A stretch of DNA of 64,000 nt, taken from positions 124,001 through 188,000 of the forward strand of contig NW_026782467.1 in NCBI RefSeq assembly GCF_031769215.1. Reading direction: 5' to 3'. Under the pieces are notes generated by a model, which made no database searches, had not been told where the DNA came from, and saw only the letters and a list, made by a program, of their open reading frames with translations. Both the position numbers and the translations under genes were made by a program. Each line of letters opens with the position of its first letter. Positions within the stretch are counted from its first letter, which is position 1. This DNA is from Ylistrum balloti (lineage: Eukaryota). Below, one piece after another: positions 52,682 through 64,000 of this stretch.

Positions 52682-54758
52682 CTAAATCTCGATGCTTATG
52701 AGGCGACTGAAGAAAAGCAAAGTGACGAATGAAACGTCAACATATTTACGGGGAGATGCACTACCCCATGATTCAGGAAATTTCGTTATTTTCATATATC
52801 AGATGATTTTAAAACATCGTCATGTACATGTGTAAGGGCAACGTAGAGACTGAACGCCTGTATAGAGATCAAGATAACATGATGGCAGGTATAATATTTG
52901 AGTTGTATCTTATTGTATTTGGTGTACGTCTGTTACATGGCATTACAATTATCTTGGACAATCACAGACAAACCCTCCATAGCACTGTCGGAATAGACTT
53001 TTAGATTACATTACTGCTATGTTTCACACTGTTGCCTCTCTGATTTAAATTTTGTTTGCTTTCCATGTTGTAACTAATTTACAAATGTCAAGAAAGAAAT
53101 TGTTTCAAATTTAACACGAGGTTAGCTCTTCACCATTGCATGTTGTTTCCAATCCCGTCACTGCAGAGCGTCTGATCCCTCCAACATACAGGTTAATCTT
53201 TGACTTAAAGATGCTCCACGGTTTGATCTACACAGTTTAGCCTCTGGTGTTTAAATGTGTCAGATTCTATAATGTTGGATATTTTCACAGCATTAGTATT
53301 ATCTCTAATAAAGGAACCAGCGTAACTACTTCTCCGGAATTTCGAATACTTGACGCTTGCGCTATTCGATAAACATGTGCAAACGCCGGATCAATGTCAA
53401 CAGTTCCCCGCTGGAAATCGGAGAGATTCCAGGTTTTATTTAACGTTGGCATGGTGTTAAGATAGATTCCAAATTGCATTTTCTCCAAAACTAATCATTT
53501 CTACTAATTGAATTGTCTGCTTTCTGTGTATTTCGCCCTATGGAAAGCAATACATGTCGAAAAGAAGATTACTCTAGTGTAAACAGCTCTAAACTTCCAA
53601 TGGACAATCTGATCGTATACAATGTAATTCGGAATAAATCATATATTGCAACATATTTACTGTTTCGGTATACGCACACGATAAATGGATATAAGTTACT
53701 CACCAAATTGTTTAAAGTTTCATTCCCTTTATACAATGAAAACGTTTACAGAAATTTTAAGAAATACCAATTTATCGTGTTTCGGTAAGCAAATACTATG
53801 ATTTATTTAACATTTTTGTTTTATACTCAGTTTTATTGAGCTTTCATGAATCAATATACAGTGACGTATTTAGATCTAACTTTCTTGTAATATGCGATGC
53901 TCGGAGGGAATACAGAGACCAATCATTTTCAATCGATTACATTAAAATAAATAAACAAGGACCGAATGTTAGCCTTACTTTAGTATTGCTGTATTTACCG
54001 GAACCGGAAGTCGACTTGACTTTACCTAAAAATGATACGTAGACAGTATATCGTCTCCTGGATAAAACTCATAGACGTCATTGCCAAACGTTACCAAGTG
54101 ATGCCAGAATATGGATCTATTTTTAATCCGATGTACACTAGTGTCAACCTGTTGGCACTGAGCACCCGTCTGTTTCCCCAAACAACTGTAAATAGAACGC
54201 CGGGATCAGCATCCACATATTGCCACACGTGTCGTTACAAGACAGCTGCCAACACGCTTAGTAGTGCATATAATTAAATCTTTATCACTTCGTTTCTCTA
54301 AACACAAACATGGAGAACAACATAATGAAAAAATATCAGTCTTGAATCTGGATTGCTGTGAAGTGGGTGTAAATGTGTTGAAATTCGATGGTAATGGAAT
54401 TTCTAATAATATCATCCATTATTTTCGTGAAATATACTCTTCAAAATAGGCTCATCCAGATGGTTACTTGTGTTTCGTCCGAATCTCTTTCTTTGTATTA
54501 TTTTGATATTTGTTGTAAACATATCTTACTGAAATAATTAAAATTTATTGTTATTAAATTGAATAAGTAAAATCCTTGTATTATATTCAGAACGACGTTT
54601 TACAGCAGTAATCTATATAAATAATATATAATAAATAACTCACGTGACAAGAAATCAGAGAAATTCATCAAAGCAAATCTCTCAATCCTTAAATCGACAT
54701 CCATTGATGACATGCATGAATTTAGCTGGTGTATGTACTGGTATAACGTGTAAGCGAT

Positions 54759-55595
54759 TACGTTTGTCTAATGTGTTTAGTGGTATAAAGTGCTGATGTG
54801 TCGATCATACGAACCTCCGTGTACGTTTGTCTAATGTGTTTAGTGGTATAAAGTGCTGATGTGTCGATCATACGAACCTCCGTGTACGTTTGTCTAATGT
54901 GCTTAGTGGTATAAAGTGCTGATGTGTCGATCATACGAACCTCCGTGTACGTTTGTCTAATGTGTTTAGTGGTATAAAGTGTTGATGTGTCGATAACACG
55001 AACCTCCGTGTACGTTTGTCTAATGTGCTTAGTGGTATAAAGTGCTGATGTGTCGATCATACGAACCTCCGTGTACGTTTGTCTAATGTGTTTAGTCGTA
55101 TAACGTGTCGATGTGTCAATGATACAAGACTGTACGTTTGTCTAATGTGTTTAGTAGTATAAAGTGTCGAGGTGTCAATGATACAAGACTGTACGTTTGT
55201 CTAATGTGTTTAGTGGTATAAAGTGTCGAGTTGTCAATGATACAAGACTGTACGTTTGTCTAATGTGTTTAGTGGTATAAAGTGTCGAGGTGTCAATGAT
55301 ACAAGACTGTTCGTTTGTCTAATGTGTTTAGTGGTATAAAGTGTCGAGGTGTCAATGATACAAGACTACGTTTGTCTAATGTGTTAACTGGTATAAAGTG
55401 TCGAGGTGTCAATGATGCAAGACTGTATGTTTGTCTAATGTGTTTAGTAGTATAAAGTGTCGAGGTGTCAATGATACAAGACTGTACGTTTGTCTAATGT
55501 GTTTAGTAGTATAAAGTGTCGAGGTATCAAGGATACGAGCTTCTCTGGTATAAAGTGCTGAGGTGTCGATAATGCGAGTCCCTGTGTATGTTTGA
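54759..55595. repeat. Minisatellite switching from 63-bp units (5 copies) to 59-bp units (about 8 copies)
   Basis: Anchor tacgtttgtctaatgtg at 54759, 54822, 54885, 54948, 55011, 55074, then 55133, 55192, 55251 and onward. Confidence 0.95.
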
Positions 55596-58500
55596 TCTGC
55601 ACTAAAATTGTTACATTCTTGGCAAAACCTGGGCATCAATGTTGATTACCAGTTAGGTATGTCAGATGTTAGGCAGACGAATGTTTTTTTGACTGGTGAT
55701 AGGTAGAGAGGCAATTACATGTTGTATATATAGATTGTGCGCGTGCATAACTTTGTAACATGTGTGTAGAATATGCAATAAAATGTATGTGTTGATCACG
55801 CGCTGACAGAAGAAAGTTCTCAAATTGGTTCACACCTCAACTTACCTTATTCCTTACACTTTTGGCAGTGAAATATAGGAATTTACCAATTTAATAATGT
55901 GTATAAAAAAGCACTTTTCTCGGCCTTTATAGACAGGTTTAAATGTAGCATCAATATGCAATGTAAATGCTTCAGTGATGATATAACCTTTCAGGATTTG
56001 ACCAATCACAGCGGTGCTTTTAAGTCACTGCATTGAATCCGTTTCCATGTCTGGACGTAAATGAAGCGTAGGTTGAATAGGTAGGTTTTTCATCGAATAA
56101 TTCCCGTGTACATTTTTGCTTTTTTTTTCTACTTATTTTATTTCTTGATTTATTTTGTCTTGTTTTCCTGCAGAATGTAACGAAAAGAGAAATTAAAAGG
56201 AAAACTCGTGTCACAGAATATGTATATATATCATGAAAATATCTCTAACAAATTCGGGAAATATGATAGTGAACGGGGAAACATTCTATATCCTCTATAT
56301 AATCGTAAATACATAAATATATTCTTCTAACTCCTTTATGTCTTTGACTTCCTGACATTAACGCTAACATGGCACCCGGAGGTAAAATAAAACCTGATGT
56401 ATACTACAAAAGGGGTCGTTTAACACGTAATCGTTATCGTTTTCCCCCAAAAATCGGCTTTCCCTAATGTCTCTTAGTTTTACCTCTATTTTGGCATGGG
56501 AAAGTGAAGAAGGATATGGGCCCTGTTCCCTAGTCGTGACGCACCAAAAACATTCAAATAGTTCATCATTCCCCAAAGGATGGGGTTTACGAGGATTTGT
56601 TAGCTTGTTATCAACGTATCCAGGTTAAAACATTTCAATAGGATAGTACTATATAAGTGCCTGTTAGTGACCCTATCATCTATGAAACCGTCTTCACGCA
56701 ACACTTGTAGTTGCGGAGACGTTTAATTCCAAACAAAAAACATAGCACCATACCAGATTAAACGTTTTGTGCAAGTTCAACAGACAGGGTTGGAGTCAAT
56801 CCATCAAATCACTCCCTTGTGACAACACTGGATATTAACATCAATATACAAGAAGTAGGACAGAAGCTACTACAGCCAAAACTAACAAAGTGCTTTGGAG
56901 AACACAATGGATTAGTCCGTACGATGCCCGGTTCAAGTACAAACATCAAATACTATCAACAGTTAACCTTTGACTACATTACGGGTATTTTAAAATTAGA
57001 ACTACGATCAGATTTAAAAAAAAACTGCATTTATAAATTGGAAATAGAAATGAAGATTGATTTTTCAACGGTTAGAAACAGAACAACGATGAAAAATCGA
57101 GTTCTGTTTTGCTTTTTTGTTGAATCTGCAGTATTCAAACTGTCAGTGCGTTTTAACATTACCATAAACACAATTTGATTCAATTGTTGTTTTGAGTTAA
57201 CCTTAAGCACAACATACAATTCTAGCAAAGCTATGCGCCATTCCACCAGCGTGTTTTATTGGCCAATTTCCGTAACGAGGCCAAAACAATCTTAAGTTCT
57301 GCTGTCCTACCTAGAGAGGACAGTGGCCTGTAAAACAACGAGACCATACTGAAGATGCCAACACGAGAATTAGTAGTAATGACGTCAGTGTAGTAATTAC
57401 CTTTACGTTAATTTAGTGGAAGTCTTTACAGTCAGTCACGTGCTCGCCAATGATTTATAATCATGTGGCACTACTATAAATATAAATATCTTTGTGGCGA
57501 CCCATCTTCATTGGTCGGACTATACGGTAGGTGGCTTCCGGAAAAAGTCCTAGCACATCTGGTATTCGATAGACTTGACTCTTTTGATCTTTTCGTAAAT
57601 GTAACATACCTGCGAAGGAGGAATTTGCAAAATAATGGATCCAGTTAATATCATATTTACATAGAAAGACGTAAAGATACTGAGTCATTACACCAACGGT
57701 ACCAAGCATTACCTCTACTGGGAAAATAAAAATATCCCATTAAGTATTCTTCTGATCATGAAAAGAGAAATCATACACTCATGCGTTGTCTATTCCACCT
57801 GCCATTTGTAGATGTAAGATGCAATGCAATGCAGATGACTAAACATTTAACATTTTCATTGACCGCATAATTACCGATGACAACATAACCAAAACAATCA
57901 AGGACAACGGATACAGAGGTTTAAACTGTACTCGCGAAGATGTAGTTTCCATTGTTGAAAATATATTGATGCCAGACATAATATGTGCAAACGTTATAAA
58001 GGGTATTTTTCTATTAAAAAGTTTTCCTTTTGAATTACAAGAAAATTGCTGAGTTGACATGTTCTGAACGTCACTTGTATTAAGTTTGTTTCCGTGGCGT
58101 CACTCATATCAATCACGTTCCCTAAGCGTCCAAAATGTGGGCGTCGTTCCCTTCTTGTCGAAAATGTTGACGTTGTTCCTTTGGCGTCATTGACAATAAC
58201 GTCGTACCCTTCCCGTCAACAATGTTAACGACGTGCCATTGGCGTCAAAATTTCAAGGCATTAATTTAGCAAGAGGCCGAGCCAGGATAACAAAGGGAAA
58301 AGTTCTCGCATATTTCAATTAACATCGTTGATGATGTTTTTTGTACAAGTGTTCATTAACACAAAGATAAATTTACTGGAGTTGTTACAACGTTAGGTAT
58401 AAAGGTTTAAGTAACATTACTTTACTGATAATTTGTTTTTGTAAATACATGTACATTGTATTACAACAGATGTAATAAAAGAAAGGCATTTCAACGAAAG

Positions 58501-59580
58501 GTAATTATATGCTGTACACCGTTCTTTAAACTTTAAAAAAAAAAAGAAAAAAGAAAGAAAAAGATAGTCCTCTTGTTTTATTTGTTAACGAAACTGTCGT
58601 TGACGGAACATGCTTTCATGATCAACAGCAGTGAGACTTTATCAAGAGTACCGATGTTTTCTAAAATTATCAAATAGCGCCATTCCCTTATGAGGTTAAA
58701 AGTAATTGGAAACAAAAAACGTGAAGTCAACGCGAAAGTCGTCCGATTCCGAACGGATATCTTGTCCACAGCGAGGGAGTCTCCGAAATAATTTATATTG
58801 AAATAAGGGCTTCGGGGGAAAATCCGGGTATGGAATCTTCTTTTTATGTCTACCATATTTCTTAGAGTATGTTCATCTTAACGCTCACAGCACTCCCAAT
58901 TCCCATTACATCGTGCCATTTAAACAAACCGATCATTTATCAAGTAGGACTGTTTTTTTCTACAAGCAACGAAGCCTTGCCCGAGACTTTGAAATACTGC
59001 CAAACAACATATCAATTTAGAACAAATTAGAAACATAAATATTGTCGGAAAAATAAAGACTTTCATTTTTAAAGTGATTTGAAGACAAGGCCATTTTAGG
59101 AACCCGTTTACTGAGATTTATCTGGGATGTTTTGTAATCACGACGATTTAGGCTGACAGTTGAAGGGATTAGTAGTTGAAATGGCGTGTGGGTTTATGTG
59201 TGTTTGTAGTTTAAAAGGGAGAGAATGTTTTAAAGTTTAGGCGTTAATATCGTCACGCTTATGTACTGAAGGTATATCGTTATATATAAGGATTCGCTTA
59301 CGATTTAACGAATCTATTCATTGTTATTTAAGTGTTACACCTATAAAATCAATTAGATTTCGTGAAATATATGTAAGCACCGATAAATGAATAGAATGAA
59401 TCACTTACTTTATTTCGCGGACTAACCTCTTCTCTAATCCAGAACTAACTTTAAATTTGTGAATGATGACCTATTAAATCCTATTAGATGCCTGTATTTT
59501 ACAGACTTCAATATCGTCGGTAACCGATTGAACATGGAAGCCATGGATGTCATCCAGAGTTATTTTCGTACAAACAATCG

Positions 59581-59611
59581 CCCCCCCCCCCCCCCCCCAC
59601 ACACACACACC
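59581..59611. repeat. Poly(C) run followed by (CA)n
   Basis: About 18 C followed by acacacacacacac. Confidence 0.9.
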
Positions 59612-60079
59612 TGTCCCCCACCTTTCTTTGATGACCTTATATTTCTGTATTCTTTTTCATCTTTCCCAACTATAAGTAAAGCGCAGTAATAACAGCTGTA
59701 AAATGAATAACTTTAGGATAATCCTTTCTTCAATATGTTTTCGACGCTCGGCTACTCTATACATATTCTTATATGTACTTCCGTTGTAATGGGATTTTAA
59801 TTTGTATAGGAAGGCTTTTATTAACCTTTGTGTGTTTTGTACCATCTTCGAGATGGCAGATGGTACACACTGCTTATGGACTTTTAAGTCCCAGAGGTTT
59901 GTCTTTACCTACATACGATGTTTTAAACGTTAGAATAGTGATACGGTTCAGAGCATACACATGTATGTTCTTTTCAGATAATTCAATATTGAACGTAACG
60001 AGTTTGATTGAATATTAAGGTTAGTACACCTTCCCATCTCGGATTGGACATGTATAGGTTTTGTTATTTAGGACCTTAC

Positions 60080-60122
60080 CATCACTGACAAGTCCTACAA
60101 AGACGAAACAGCTGCATGATGC
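60080..60122 (+). ncRNA. Minimal hammerhead motif inside a ~119-bp direct-repeat unit, probably inactive
   Basis: CATCA-CTGACAA-GTCC-TACAA-AGAC-GAAA-CAGCTG-CA-TGATG, with core G8>A and a GCA triplet. The upstream ggacat..ggttt.gttatttaggacctta.catcactgac is repeated at 60046 and 60165. Confidence 0.75.
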
Positions 60123-60231
60123 AGATTGTTTGGCTCTATTGTACGATCTAATACATGAGAGATAGGACATTTACAGGTTTCGTTATTTAGGACCTTAACA
60201 TCACTGACTTACACAGAGATTCGTGAAAATG

Positions 60232-60290
60232 TACAAGGAGAATAGGCCCAGGTGTTCCGGAATAGTAACAGTCTTCTACTTCAGCGTGTA
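60232..60290. mobile_element. Second copy of the LINE-tail-like fragment seen at 47-120
   Basis: Aligns by eye with 47-102. Confidence 0.35.
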
Positions 60291-62334
60291 GTATCGCAGA
60301 GAGTAGTTATTGCTTTTGTCTAGGCTACTCATGGAGTGTATGAACAGGAAACTAGAAGCAGATTGTCCGAAACAATTTTCATACCAGCACCTCGACTATT
60401 CACCTAAACATCTGTAGTCTACAATCGTCGTCATAGTAATATATACATTCCCTCGTGCCCCTTTTCTGGCACGTGAGAGCTCGTGCTAAGGATGTCCCTG
60501 CTAATTTGTTCGAAAGGAATGCTGTACTGTAACCACATTTTTACTTCCAGGGAATGTTTTTGTCTGTGCCCGACGCCAGATTGGATTATTATACCCTAGA
60601 TACAATACAAGATGAAGGAAGGGTCACACATTCATTGATTATCATACAAAGGGAATCAAAGCTGATACACACGTAGTAATACCAGATATTTATCCATCTG
60701 TATCACCTGAACCCTATTCACATCCTATACCTTAATTTTATCCTCTCTTCTGTTTAGGATGTTCCTTCCATTTTTGCCCTCCAAACACGGACATGCATTC
60801 TATAAAAAGAATATCGCATGCCATAGTTCAACACGTGTACTAGCATGACAGCATCATGCATAAAGAAAACAATCTTTTGTCATTGTACAACGTCTGCTCA
60901 TATAGGATCAACAAAAAGTAAACTATTTTTGTAAACGATCTTTATCTCTGAAGGCCTCTTATTCATGGTCTCAAACATGTATAGGGGAACAAGACGTCGT
61001 AACGCCTACATCCTCAGCTCGGCCGAGAAGAAAATAAGTGATGTTTATTATGTGAAAGAGAAATGTGAGGCATACAGCACAACAATAATGTGAAGGAAAT
61101 CACATTGTTATCTACGAGAGAGAGAAGTTTATGGTCCAAGAGAGGAATAAAATAAAATAACACAAACCATGTATCTTTGGTATGTACAGTTGGAATGCTT
61201 TTCGGTACAAAGATCAGCTAGTGTGTAAAATTTTATAGCTTAATAAACGAATCTATAATATAACAGATTCTCAAAGAAAGAAATTGGAACTGTAGTACTT
61301 TGACGAAAGGAACATACATCTTTAAGACAAAATGTGTAATGTTGTTCCGAGAGAGTTTTCCAGCAGTGCTAAAAGGCATTAACACTGATTCACTTTTTAC
61401 GCGTAAACATGCAATGAATTGGTTTCGGATCACACTAAATATCAACATCTGATAGTAATACAAGTTAGAAGTGCAAAACATTTATATAAAGGGCTACATA
61501 GATATGAAAGGGTGTCGTATACATATAATACTCTGGTATACACCGGTTAGTGACACCGAGTATGTTATACAACAGGATTATGATATATCCATGTCTATGT
61601 ACACTATCTACATCCTTTATCACTAACATCGACCAAAATAGTAGGAGATAATTGGATGCCGATTCGTACAAAGATCTCGGGTTATGACGAGGTAGATGTA
61701 GAACTGATGACTATGAGTCTAGAATGTACTGCCAGTGGACTTACTTCACCTCTGTCTGGGCCATTCACTTACATGTCGTTGTGATATAAGCGTATCAATT
61801 AGAACAAACATTCCGGAGCATGTTTTTATTCTCGCGCCTCCCAATTATGGAGTTGGTCGGGAACCAGTTGTTCAGCATATTGTTGGCACCTTCAGACACA
61901 AATCATCAAACTCTACCGAAGTATAAAGGCACAAAAGGTTTTCTGTGTGAAATTCAGCGCAGCAAGTCCTAATACAAGGTCGCTGCTATAACTGCTTTGA
62001 TGTATTAACCAAGAGATAGATTAACAAAGGGCAGTTGGTGGGAAATCATATTTTTGACATAGGCACTTGCAACTCGAGGAAGTAACATTTGCAAAAGTCA
62101 AAACTTTTAGCGAATATTATTCTTGGATTTAAAATCGACGCAAGATGGATAAGATAGAGCAACAGCAAACCGCTGCCACAGAAGAAATATTTACACGGAG
62201 ACCCCTGGAAAAAAAACAAGGAGAAAAGACGAGGTGTTCCGGGAGAGGAAATGCAAATCTTGGTCAATCCAAGTACATTTATGTAATGCCACCACTGTCC
62301 TGATGAGTGACAGTGTTAAATCACAACGTTGGAA

Positions 62335-64000
62335 AAGATACTCAGTGTGAGAATAAATCCACACTGATACATGTATTAATGTCTATCACAGGAAACGTAA
62401 GATACTCAGTGTGAGAATAAATCCACACTGATACATGTATTAATGTCTATCACAGTTAAAGATACTCAGTGTGAGAATAAATCCATACTGATACATGTAT
62501 TAATATCTATCACAGGAAAAGTAAGATACTCAGTGTGAGAATAAATCCACACTGATACATGTATTAATGTCTATCACAGGAAAAGTAAGATATTCAGTGT
62601 GAGAATAAATCCACACTAATATATGTATTAACGTCTATCACAGGACATGATACTCAGTGTAAGAATAAATCCACACTGATACATGTATTAATGTCTATCA
62701 CAGGAAAAGATACTCAGTGTAAGAATAAATCCACACTGATACATGTATTAATGTCTATCACAGGAAAAGTAAGATATTCAGTGTGAGAATAAATCCACAT
62801 TGAAACATGTATTAATGTCTATCACAGTAAAATATACTAAGTGTGAGAATAAATCCAAACTGATACCTGTATTAATGTCTATCACAGTTAAAGATACTCA
62901 GTGTGAGAATAAATCCACACTGATACCTGTATTAATATCTATCACAGGAAAAGTAAGATACTCAGTGTGAGAATAAATCCATACTGATACATGTATTAAT
63001 GTCTATCACAGGAAAAGATACTCAGTGTGAGAATAAATCCATACTGATACATGTATTAATGTCTATCACAGGACAAGATACTCAGTGTGAGAATAAATCC
63101 ACACTGATACATGTATTAATATCTATCACAGGAAAAGTAAGATACTCAGTGTGAGAATAAATCCACCCTGATATATGTATTAATATCTATCCCAGGACAA
63201 GATACTCAGTGTGAGAATAAATCCACACTAATATATGTATTAACGTCTATCACAGGACATGATACTCAGTGTAAGAATAAATCCACACTGATACATGTAT
63301 TAATGTCTATCACAGGAAAAGTAAGATACTCAGTGTGAGAATAAATCCATACTGATACATGTATTAATGTCTATCACAGGAAAAGATACTCAGTGTGAGA
63401 ATAAATCCATACTGATACATGTATTAATGTCTATCACAGGACAAGATACTCAGTGTGAGAATAAATCCACACTGATACATGTATTAATATCTATCACAGG
63501 ACAAGATACTCAGTGTGAGAATAAATCCACCCTGATACATGTATTAATATCTATCCCAGGACAAGATACTCAGTGTGAGAATAAATCCACACTAATATAT
63601 GTATTAACGTCTATCACAGGACATGATACTCAGTGTAAGAATAAATCCACACTGATACATGTATTAATGTCTATCACAGGAAAAGTAAGATATTCAGTGT
63701 GAGAATAAATCCACATTGAAACATGTATTAATGTCTATCACAGTAAAATATACTAAGTGTGAGAATAAATCCAAACTGATACCTGTATTAATGTCTATCA
63801 CAGTTAAAGATACTCAGTGTGAGAATAAATCCACACTGATACATGTATAAATATCTATCACAGGACAAGATACTCAGTGTGAGAATAAATCCACACTGAT
63901 ACATGTATTAATGTCTATCACAGTAAAATATACTAAGTGTGAGAATAAATCCACCCTGATACATGTATTAATATCTATCCCAGGACAAGATACTCAGTGT
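62335..64000. repeat. 60/64-bp minisatellite, about 27 copies, running off the window end
   Basis: Unit aagatactcagtgtgagaataaatccacactgatacatgtattaatgtctatcacaggac; 20-aa periodicity in ORF 63367-63702. Confidence 0.97.

Noticed and set aside
54449-54485. Minus-strand GGACGAAAC-ACAA-GTA followed by CTGGATGAG
   Set aside because: The core has an extra G, stems I and II cannot be completed, and the family flanks are absent. At best a scrambled remnant.
62293-62330. CTGATGAG with a GTGA/TCAC stem, possible hammerhead
   Set aside because: No GAAA follows stem II and there is no matching stem I or III; it is better read as a cactgtc/gacagtg hairpin.
2761-64000. CRISPR interpretation of the regular arrays
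   Set aside because: Units are head-to-tail with no unique spacers, there are no cas genes, and the DNA is eukaryotic.

Overview
This is eukaryotic, AT-rich (~35% GC by eye) animal genomic DNA, most likely a bivalve mollusc, judged from the SINE cores, a ~155-bp satellite-bearing Helentron-like element and the Gypsy clade present. It is not prokaryotic and has no CRISPR array. I can support only one intact protein-coding gene: an intronless-CDS 5-HT4-like serotonin receptor (class A GPCR, 18199-19314, minus strand). The rest is intergenic or intronic: a decayed Ty3/Gypsy pol, two SINE remnants, and roughly 10 kb of minisatellites that generate most of the long ORFs in the supplied track. The most striking unannotated signal is a family of minimal type-I hammerhead ribozyme motifs (CATCA-CTGAYGA-stem II-GAAA-C-palindromic loop-GTA-TGATG) at six loci on both strands, sharing flanks. 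At two loci the 45-nt ribozyme itself is the tandem-repeat unit (4 copies at 31.6 kb, 2 at 47.8 kb), which suggests a retrozyme-like element with an extremely small monomer. A foldback-like asymmetric inverted minisatellite lies at 2.76-5.17 kb. All family assignments come from motif recall and hand alignment, not database searches.
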